Part shown: piece after piece, positions 1-10,300 of the stretch | Numbering within the stretch: position 1 is the first letter of the stretch | Layout of the letters: each line of letters begins with the position of its first letter | The notes under the pieces: generated by a model | The model's database searches: none | Told to the model about the DNA's origin: nothing | The model's input: the letters and a program-made list of their open reading frames with translations, nothing else | From: Catajapyx aquilonaris | Lineage: Eukaryota | Length of the DNA stretch: 64,000 nucleotides | Direction: 5' to 3' | Assembly: GCA_000934665.2 (NCBI GenBank) | Contig: KZ538228.1 | Location: 1-64,000, forward strand | Position numbers and translations under genes: made by a program

Positions 1-853
1 GTTGCTCTAATGAGTGTCACTACCTTCAGGTGGAAGGACATCATTATCAGCCCACGCCATCTACCTTAGGCTCAGAACTTATTGGACGACCCTCGTATGT
101 TGCGCAGAAACAAGCCAACCAATCAGCTTTTCTTCAGTGCAACATAATACCGAAGCAATAGTCGTGAGAGTGGTTTAGTAATGTCGTCACCTTTGCAGCA
201 TGTCGCAAGCACTGTGCCGCACGTCCAGATGGGTACGGAGATCCAGGAGCTGGCCTAATCTGCTGACAAGCAAGTTGTACGGATGAAGATTTCTATGTTA
301 TATTTGGATATTTCATATCTATTTTTTTCATGTGTATATTCAGAGAAAAGTTATTTTGCCGCAAGTGAGGCCACTTTTGTAAGTAGCAAATCCAGTAAAG
401 ATAATTGTGTCTTACTGCCTTATTTGGCTATTCGGAGGTGTAGTAACAATTTGTTACTACTATTTTGGTAATGCCCATTGCATTTTCTTCCTGTTGTTTT
501 TTATATACTTGTCACTTATCAGAATAAACAAGTTCAAGTACAACTAATCATAATCCCTTAATAATACTGTTTGGACTCCTCCCAGCATACCCATGATGTA
601 ATCTGCTGTTGCCCACATTCTGTTCAAGATTACACTTTAAAAAAATTGCAAATCATTTATCAAATGCGACTCTGCTGTATCATTAGGTCAGAGCCTGCTG
701 TGCATTATTCCTAAAACCATGCAAAATATTGCGCACACTTGTGTTCGGAGAAATTTTGTATACGCTTCCGTCTTTAGAGTCCAGTTTCAACAATTATTGG
801 TAGTTTACTCAACAGTGCATGCCTGTCACTATTAGAGACTGTTTAGCACCCAG

Positions 854-898
854 GTGATAATCTCTTATCACGGATTTATTTGCGAGATATAAATCAGT
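854..898 (+). promoter_or_regulatory. Candidate core promoter of copy 1: inverted GATA pair and TCAGT initiator-like motif, conserved upstream of copy 2
   Basis: gtGATAAtctcTTATCac at 854-871 and TCAGT at 894-898. The equivalent atGATAAtcTTATCag and tcagtt occur at ~2343-2385. Confidence 0.35.
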
Positions 899-953
899 AG
901 CTATGCTGATGAATGGCTTGCATCACAAAGAGGTTGCAACCGGACAAATTAAG

Positions 954-2024
954 ATGAAAGTATACTCTCCTATTGTAGACCATTGCTGCTTTTGTGTGTC
1001 GTTGAGGACTGGATCTCTCTCGTATGCGTACGTAACTCTAGTAAGTATTGCTACCCGTTAAAAGCTAGTTGGAAGATTAATGTCATAACATGTCAATAGG
1101 TGTGGTACGTTATATTTGCCATTGGATCCATCGCTTCGTTCGGGTTTGGTGTTGCATGGCTAGAAGAATCACATGGCAGGGTCAGAGATTTTGATGAATG
1201 TAAGCATAACAAGTAGTCAAACTATTCACTTATAGCCTGAAACTATCAATTTTTGTACATTAGCCTATGTCACAGGCAAGCTTGACTTACCTAGAATTAT
1301 TTTCACACAGATATGTACACAGGTATTACGACCATTTCGCTGACCACAACTATACCACTCTCAATTTCTGGGACCATCTTCAGTGCCATGCTGATCAACG
1401 GCATCCACAAGGTTAGGGTCACATTATAATTGGCACGAACATTGTTAATTCCAATTAAGTTCTCTCTCTGCAGGTGAACACAAGCCTCATGATACCGTGG
1501 ATTGCTCTCCAAGTTTTCTCAACAATTGACAGTGTCACTAGTGTTGTAGCTGCTTCCATTCTGATTCCGTCTGGTGCTACCATTGGCTTCAGTGTTGCCT
1601 TTGCAGGATTTGCAGTCCTAATAGAAATTACCGGCATCCTGGTTGTAACCAGTCATGTCCAGGTATCGTCATATACCTTGCCCTTGTAAATTCTGAAAGT
1701 AGTTGCGTAGTTATTGAATTTTTGTTGTTTTGCGACATCTATTTCCAGATAATTCAAAATTTTGCGTTATCTGATGCTCCCATGTAAATAAAAATCTATA
1801 TTTTCATGCAGTAAAAATATAACAAGTTATTTTGCAAATAAAGTTACTGATAATTTTAAAATCTTTCTTGGCAGGAAATTCTGAAGTCTAACGTGCCACC
1901 AGTGGACTACTACAATTTCGATCCAGCCCCTCAGCCTGCTCCACGGGTGATGCCCCAATCAGGGTTCAGGTTACCACCTGTGTCTGCAGCCGTACAAAAT
2001 AACTACCCATCAGTCCAGCATTAA
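954..2024 (+). CDS. Small multi-pass membrane protein, DUF4728/LAPTM-like, tandem copy 1 (~208 aa; C-terminal tail cut short by a frameshift)
   Basis: Exons 954-1040, 1100-1199, 1311-1411, 1474-1662 and 1875-2024 are joined by GT-AG introns in consistent phase. The N-terminus MKVYSPIVDHCCFCVSLRTGSLSYAYVTL is followed by hydrophobic segments and GIHK|VNTSLMIPW. The CCxCxxLRTG and G..K...L.PW motifs are typical of the DUF4728/LAPTM-like family (family call from recall, no search run). Confidence 0.7.
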
Positions 2025-2440
2025 TCAACCTTTTAACTTGGAAAGATTGGATTCAAATATGGGTAGACAAGGCTTGGCATGTAGCAACAGAGCACGTGAG
2101 ATGCGGAATGGACACAGACCTTGGACAACATAATCTAAGACTTTTTAAATAAATTTTGGCACAAAAGTTATGCTTATTGTTAGCGCTTACTACTTATGTA
2201 CCTGCTGATCGCCACATCTCATCCCATATGAAAGGTATGCATGTTTGCCAGTTTCAAAAAGTGATTGTAACTTCTCACATAATGTAATAAAATCCACCTT
2301 TTAGTTGGTAGTTTACTCCAAAGTATGTGACCGAGTAACCAGATGATAATCTTATCAGGGTTTTTAAATTGATATCAAATCAGTTACAATGCCAATGAAT
2401 GCCTTGTATCACACGTGAGGTTGCGACGAGAAGAATTAAG

Positions 2441-3493
2441 ATGAGAGCATACTCTCCTATTGTGGAGCATTGCTGCTTTTGTGTGTCGTTGAGGACCGGA
2501 TCTCTCTCTTACGCATACGTAACTCTAGTAAGTTACTACCTGTAACAAGGCAATTGCAAGATTCATGTCATAACATGTCAATAGGTGTGGTACGTTTTAT
2601 TTGGGATTGGATCCATTGTTTTGTTCGGGTTTGGCGTTTCATGGATCGAAGCACCACATGGCATGGTCAGAGACGTTGACGAATGTGAGTATAACAAACT
2701 CTTCGCTTAAATGGACTGAAACTATCAATTTTTCATATAGATACGTAGTGATTGCCTACCTCACAGGCAAGCTTGATTTCATGGTGATTTTCCTGGGATT
2801 GTTTTTATACAGATGTCTACACAGTTATTACGACCATTTCGCTGTCCACGACTCTACCACTCTCAATTTCTGGAACCATCTTCAGTGCCATGCTCATCAA
2901 CGGCATCCACAAGGTTATGGTCACATTATAATCGGCACAAACATTGTTAATTCCAATTAAGTGCTCTCTCTGCAGGTGAACGCCAGTTTAATGATACCAT
3001 GGATTGCTCTCCAAGTTTTATCAACAATTGGTACTGTGACCAGCGCCATCGCCACTTCCGTTCTGGTGCCTTGTGGCGCTACCATTGGCTTCAGCGTTGC
3101 CTTTGCAGGATTTGCGATCCTAATTGAAATTACTGGCATCCTGGTTGTAACCAGTCATGTCCAGGTATAGTCGTACAGTCGTTACTAATAAATTGCAAGA
3201 GCAGTAAAATTCTTATGAGAAATTAACACTCAAATAAAATAATATTTAAACATCTTTCTTGCCAGGAAATTCTGAAGTCTAAGGTGCCACCAGTGGATCA
3301 CTACAAATACGATCCAGATCCTCGGCCTGCTCCACAGGTGAAGCATCCGACCACGATACAGCTTGCAGCCTGTATATGCTGTGGCTGTAGGAAATACAAT
3401 GATCCACCTAGACTCTTGGAAAGATGGGACTCAAATATGGACAGACAAGACTCGGTGTATGACATCAGGCCATCACGCCGTGTGAGATACTGA
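2441..3493 (+). CDS. Small multi-pass membrane protein, DUF4728/LAPTM-like, tandem copy 2 (~234 aa)
   Basis: Exons 2441-2527, 2585-2684, 2813-2913, 2976-3164 and 3266-3493. The first four exon lengths (87/100/101/189) equal copy 1, with high nucleotide similarity. The protein runs MRAYSPIVEHCCFCVSLRTG to ...LLERWDSNMDRQDSVYDIRPSRRVRY*. Confidence 0.75.
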
Positions 3494-4015
3494 ACAGAGA
3501 AAGAACTTGGACCAGTACAATATGATTACATCAAATGCCGCCACATAGATTGTGCCGCAAAAGTTATAAGCATTTTGATAGCGCTAATGTGCCGGCTGAT
3601 AGCCAACAAATTCTAATCGTATAATTATCCAATGTCATTCTCTCATATGAAAGGTATGCACCGGAAATGTTACGTTGCTTGTGTACCGTTTCTTATCACT
3701 TCATACGGGCATTGCTGATAATAAAAAAATTGCATTTGCTAGTTTCGCAGTGAATGGTTACTCATTGGAATGTAATTAATCCACTTTTTACAGCCAAGTA
3801 ACATTTTAAATAAAGCCTTCACATTGATTACATGCCCAGATTATAATTGTTGCCACTGCTGCATAGGAAACCTGATATCGCAATTGATGGCCAGATAAGT
3901 TTTCTCCCTATGTCGTCACCTATCCTAGATGATAAAAGGGCTTTAGGTAAATGGCATTGGGGGTTAGTCTGTCATTTCATCACGGCTTACATCTGAGATC
4001 AGACAACGTTCCAAC

Positions 4016-5033
4016 ATGAGAAGACAGACTCCTATTGTGTCAAACTGCTGCTATTGCGTGTCATTGCGGACAGGTTCACTCGTTTTTGGATACATCTCAC
4101 TGGTATGATTCACTCATGATCCCAATAATTATGCAAGCTGATCGAAATTTTCTCAACAGGTGTGTTATGTTGTCGGTTCGGTTGGGTCACTTGCGTGGTT
4201 CGGAATGGCAGTTGCAGAGCTACTGGCATGGAGAGAATATTATAGGCCTATTGAGTCATATGAATATGTCATTGGTAAGTGATACATGAAAATTCAATTG
4301 TTATAGTGCACTCTTGTTCTGATCATGATCACTCGTAGGTTTCCCTATAATCATTACACTTTCAACAACTCTACCGCTTTCAATTGTGGGTTCAATCTTC
4401 AGCGGAATGCTAGTCAACGGGATCCATAAGGTTAGTAGCGCATGTGATTGAATCTACAGGAAGTTGTACTTTCACCATGTACTGCAGGCTCGTCCTAACA
4501 TCATGATTCCATGGATCGGACTCCAGTCACTGACACTCCTCATGACGCTGACAACCACTGTTGCCGTCTGCATAATCATGCCAGCCGGTGTGATCATAGG
4601 GAGCAGCGTGGCGTCCTGGGCAGTCGCCACACTTTACCAAGTCTGGAGCATTGTGATCATCCTTGGGCATGTGCAGGTACGTACACATTATCCTACCCTC
4701 GTTATGTAATTTGATATATCTGCAATCATTTGTTTATTGCAGGAAATAATCATATCCCAAGGGGCATCGTCATCGAACCCATACAACTTGAACTTGGGGC
4801 CTGTGATTCCCCCAGTGGACTACGAGAACTTCACACCTTCCGCTGATCTGCCTCAACTACGTTATGTGCCCGTCCTTCCCCGAGCCGAAGCAAACCCCAC
4901 CCAAAATGCTAACAGGAACGAACCCAATGGGTACCCAAGGAACTTGGAACGTCAAGGATCTAACGTGGGCCGACGCAACTCCACAAATGAAAACAGGCCC
5001 ACGGCCCACCAAGACAGACGCAACCGTTACTAA
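4016..5033 (+). CDS. Small multi-pass membrane protein, DUF4728/LAPTM-like, tandem copy 3 (~257 aa, more diverged)
   Basis: Exons 4016-4102, 4160-4274, 4339-4430, 4488-4676 and 4743-5033. Shared motifs: MRRQTPIVSNCCYCVSLRTG, LSTTLPLSI, NGIHK|ARPNIMIPW, HVQ|EII, PPVDY and NLERQGSNVGR. AATAAA at 5271-5276. Confidence 0.75.
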
Positions 5034-5270
5034 TTAACAACTTAAACATACAGCCAATTTAAACAACCTGAACTTGAAGCGTGCTCAGTAAATTGTTACT
5101 GTGGGAAGCCAGTAGTTTTATATCGCATCTGGCGGCTTGACCATATGCGCAAGAAGCTTGTAATCTAATCACCATGTTTGCTGATGCCAACGGCAGATAT
5201 ACGTCGGCAGCAGTAAATTCCACTCCAACTCAAGTCATCTCTCTCGGCTTGGGGTAGGTGACAAAATTCA

Positions 5271-5299
5271 AATAAAAAGTCAGTGTTGTGATGTTTATT
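5271..5299. terminator. Two convergent poly(A) signals: AATAAA on + (5271-5276, copy 3) and AATAAA on - (5294-5299, LARP1)
   Basis: Both hexamers are read directly and lie between the two convergent stop codons. The + signal is followed by a GT-rich tract. Confidence 0.5.
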
Positions 5300-5717
5300 G
5301 AAATATATAATTATATTCACAGACCATAATATTTTTTTTCCTCAACATTGTTTACCTTGGCAATAAAGAGTAAAAGCAACATGATTGCTTTTTAATAATG
5401 TTTTTTTTTTACTTACCAAAGTGGATACAAAGAGACATTAACAAGGTGGTTCCCGAATAAGTGACGTGCTTTTTTGGCATGATTGGAAGAGAAAAAAAAA
5501 AACCATCATGTGTGTCGGCTCTAACACAAATTACACACGATTCCATAAAAAAGTACACTTGCAGAACCAGTAAACGATACAAATAATCAACAGCATAATA
5601 ACCTTCCATTTTTGTATTTCTTCATTGCTATTGCAAGAACACCTATTTCATTTAAACCCCCTTTAACTCTCTCTAAAGGCACCAAAAGCCACTCACGACA
5701 AAAAAAGAAAATTCACC

Positions 5718-5742
<25 letters not shown>
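5718..5742. repeat. (TA)n microsatellite in the presumed LARP1 3' UTR
   Basis: Uninterrupted TA dinucleotide run. Confidence 0.9.
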
Positions 5743-5748
<6 letters not shown>

Positions 5749-7325
5749 TGTATATATGTCCATACAATTATGTATTACACATGCATATAAAAAATAAGGC
5801 CTGTTGACGGCCGTATTTCCAAAGAGGAGAGGTCTGGATTAGGGACAAAAAAAATCCTTTCAACCACTTGTGCACACTCTCTCCCCCTCCCCAAAATCTA
5901 CGGAGGAGGACAAAAATTCTTTGCGCAATTATAATTAGCCCTACTTCCAGCCTACAAGCACGCTTTAAACACTCACGTACTCAAGCTTCCAAGAAAACTT
6001 TCAAACGAAAAATTATGTTAACTGTAACCCTACGATGCACTGCTCCCCAAACCAGCAAGACATTATGAGCTTTTTTAAAATTTTTCTATAATATATTTTT
6101 TTCAACTTCCTACAGTTCAGGGAACGGGAGGAATAATCGTCACAGAAAAAAAAACAAGGCCTATGCTAATTAAACCCGCTAAGTAAACAGTTAGTTATAA
6201 ACCAACACCCAAAAAAAAAAAAAATTACCTAAGCTAAATGAAGTACAGTCCAGTGGCCGCCCTGGTCCCTTTTAACCGGAGCTAGTAAATACCCCCCCTT
6301 GAAAAAAATAATTCCCCCCGGAAAGAAAGAAATAGAGAAAGAACCACCCCCTGCTAACGCTACTTGACCCACATTATCCGTTTCATGGTGTTGGAGAACA
6401 AAAAAACAAAAATCACATGCAAGGCACATCAAAAAACTTTCTCAGTCACTTCCGCTAACTTGTTGCAGACTGTACATAAAAGCAGACTTACTTTTTACTG
6501 AGCATCAAGAACCCAAAAAAGAGTTCCCAAAAAAATGGAACAAATTTAAAAAAAATTACAATGTGCCTGCCGCAACATTTATGTTGATTTATAATCTTAT
6601 GCTCCCAAAGTGGCAAAAGAAAAAAAATGCTCAAAACAAATAATTAACCAACAATAAAATTAACAAAGAGAGGGGAGTAGAAATGAGTTTTTTTTTTTTT
6701 GTTTTGATATGTACACGTGTGTTGTTATATTTACAACATGACTTGTCCGGAGTTAGCTGTCTGCATAAATAAGTTTTACAAGAGGTTTGCAGAAACTTTT
6801 TGCAAGATCCCAAAGAAAAGAATATAAATTGCCGTCCTGCTGAGCCATTTGGGAGCATGAATCACATATCAAAAATATGGCTACCAAGTACCCTAACGAA
6901 TTTTTTTTTTAACCAGCTAATTTTCAGTTTTTTTTAACCATGTCACTCACTCTAAATGTTTAAAAAAGAAAAAAACAAATCTGACAAGTACAGTGCATGA
7001 GAAAAAAAAAAAATTATAACAGGCCCTCATTGCGACTAACAAACAACAAATAAGCACACCCATACATATGCATGCTTCGTAATGGGGGGGAAAAAAAATC
7101 ACTGACTTGTTTTGGTCATAACGACAAAAACATGATCGCATTTTTCTAAAAACACCGGTACACTTCAAATAAACCTTGTCATGATTGAAAACATCTTTTT
7201 TTTTTTTAACCAGTTTAAAAAGGCTAACAGTTGAGACAGGTTTCCTTCCTGCAAGGGGCAGAAAAAATAAGCGCAATAGAGCCACATGGGCACGAAATAA
7301 ACCCACCGTTGGAGGGTCAAGCCTT

Positions 7326-10300
7326 TCATCTCTCTGTACTTTCAGAGCTCTCCGACTGAGCTTCCTGTAGACTGTTCGAGGATTTCATTGTGAGCTTAGG
7401 TGCTGCTTCGGTCGACGTTCTTCGGCCTCCGATAGCCGAGCTGCAAGACACATATCGTCTCCTTGCTCCAGCCCCAGGACTGGACGACAACTGACCACCA
7501 GAAGTGCTGGGGCCAAATCCAGGGGCGGATCCCTGGTTCTTCCCGACACTACTGCCTCTTCTGGTTTTGTCTGGTTCTGACGCACGTCGCTGACGATGCG
7601 ACGAGAATTCACATGCGCTCTCCGAGGTACTCCGATTGCGGCGGCCACGGCGACCGTGTTCATCTATATCCAAGGGCTGACAATTCCAAACAGTTAACAA
7701 GTGAAGCAACTGAATTCCAGTAGCAAAAGGTACAAATTGGAACACTAGAACGCTTCTTCAGTAAATCAGGTAATAAAAGAATGCCCTCAAAAATGAAAGG
7801 CCCGTCGAGATCAAAGAACTTGCAGGAAGAACTCACCTCTAAAGCCCGGAAGTCATCAACAGTCTTGAATTTGGATAAGAATTCTTTGAGCTTGGGATCG
7901 ACTTCAAGCTTTTTGCTGTGCTTGTAATACTTCAGGAAAGCCCAGAACTTCTCCAGACCGTACAGCTGACCTGCAAATATAACATCAAAAAAAAACATCA
8001 AGCCTTGTTGACGCAAATCGAGCGAACACAATGCTACGAAACAAGCAGCCAAACTCTCTGCCTATAACAGCAATGAAAAAACAAGTAAGAAGCTAACCAT
8101 TTTCGTAGTCCCTCAGCGTCTCCTCCTGGAAGTTCTCGTAAATGACAACCCTGAACTTCTTCTCGAGGCCATAGCTGTAGAACCTGAAGAGGCACTCAAG
8201 TCCGTAGCGGTGACCTTCCAAGGCATCCTCGCAAGCTAGCGAACGAAATTCTTCATACATTTTCTGGTTGAAGTTTTCTCGAAGGAAGAAGGACCAGAAT
8301 CGGAACAGCGTGTTCATCTCGGACGACTGACCATGCCCCAAACGCTTGCGCTCTGCAACAGGGATTAAGAAGCAGCAATTAAAACTTCTGGTGCACTCAC
8401 TTGCCCGATGTTTACAACAACGGTAACCTTCAAATAGCTTTATACTTCAGAAATTGCATGGCATTCACCATCCCCAATTTGGGCTCTGTTGGGGAAAGAA
8501 GACAAAAAAATTTGCAAGTTCATCACTAGTCTTGATCATCAATCATGTTTCCATCTACTAATTGCACGATGTGCAACTCACTACGTCACAAATTAGACAA
8601 GACTTAAGATGTATCGAAACCACCATGACACGTTTGCAAGCAAAACGCACTGCAGACTTTGAACGTACGGACTTCACATATCTCGCAGGCACATGCGCAG
8701 AAACATTATTAGTTTTACCTTTGAGGCACCGCGCTCTGAACTTATGGTAACCCTGTTGTGTGAATCCGTTTGCCTCCAGGAGTGAGTGAGACGGGTGCTG
8801 GAATGGTGGCAGGGCCTGCGGAGTACTTCCATAGCTGCTTGACAGTGTTGGGTCACTCACAGGACTGGTACCACTAGGATCAAAAGAAATTACGTTATTA
8901 AGCATTCCCTTTTAAAAATTGCGTTGGACAGCACTTGAGCGGACAAACGCTGCGTCCAAATAATTTTCAAATGAACTGAAATCTCTTTGAATATTGACCT
9001 GAGAGAGCCACCCCTTGGCCTATGCTCCCTTGCGTCCATGATCCATCCCACGTGATATTCCACCGGAGAATTTCCATCCCTGTTTCTCGACTTCCTAGGA
9101 CTTCGCCCCACAGACTCGTCTTCTTTCATAACTGGATAGAAACGCAGATGCTCCCTAGGAACTCCTGAACCCTGGCTGACTCGGGGCTCTACCATCTGGA
9201 CGGAAAAGAGACATTCGCATCATAAGTCGCCTTTGAAATTATTGCGAATTTTCATTCCCTGTCATTCAACATTATTAGTCACACGTGGGTTTCTGAGGGC
9301 CATTTCATAAATTTGGCAGAAAAATTGCTGAGTGAGAAATACTTTGGCAAGGGAAATTAGTAAATTTCCACGTGCAAGTAATTTTGAGTGTGTTAGTTGA
9401 GACTGCAAGGGTGGTACGCTGACCTCGTCTGACTGTGCAGCTCCTTGTTCGAGCATGCTAGGTACCACGGGGGTATTGACTGGAGGTGGCGGTGGTGGCA
9501 CTTCAGGGTTGATAAACTTGGGCACAGGAGGAGCAATCTTCTCAAAGTCCTCTTGCGTAATCAGTTTCACAGTCTTGAATGATTCTTGGGACTGTTATCA
9601 AGCAAAAGTGGGGAAGGAAACAAGTTATTAGATGATCTCAAAAAGTCGCCCACGATAAAAACACAAAATTCCAGACAACTCACGTGCTCATTCTGCATCC
9701 TGAAGAGATCCTGCTCATAGTAATAAAGCCCGTCGTGAATGTTTTGCGCCACATCCTGCAGGCTTTTAACCCTTGTTGTCCAAACTCCTGTCCGGTCGTA
9801 ACCTTCATGCTTGGGGACTCGACTCGCCCCGGTTGGCAGTGGTTGAGGAGCTGATGGGTGGTACTGGGGATTCTGAGTCACTATCACCAACTTGCTCACA
9901 TCCAAGTCACTCAGCTCAAAGTCCGAGTCATCAGACCTGCAAACAATGAGAACAACATGCCAAAACTTCCCAACTCAATACACTGAAGTTTACACTAAAA
10001 ATTCAACTCACCATTCCGTGAAAGTATTGTGTCTCCCTGGCATAACGTCTAGCTCTTCGTCAAAAAGGAAGTCCCTCTCTTCTGGAGCTTGACCTTGGAA
10101 AGAATCCCTCCGCTCGCTCCCAACGCTGCACTCTGACATGCGGGACATCCTGTCTGTTGACATGCGGTCACGGGGGGATGCCTTTGCTTTCTTTTTGACC
10201 TACGCAATAGAATGACGGAATAAGAATCACAACAGCTATGTAAACCACACAAGGAAAATGTTCGTAGCCGAATCTTACAATCCTGTGCATTGAAGTTCTC

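Noticed and set aside
30..530. Possible last exon and 3' UTR of an upstream gene (acceptor at 28-29, AATAAA at ~522)
   Set aside because: The frame cannot be fixed and no motif is recognisable. It needs sequence left of the window.
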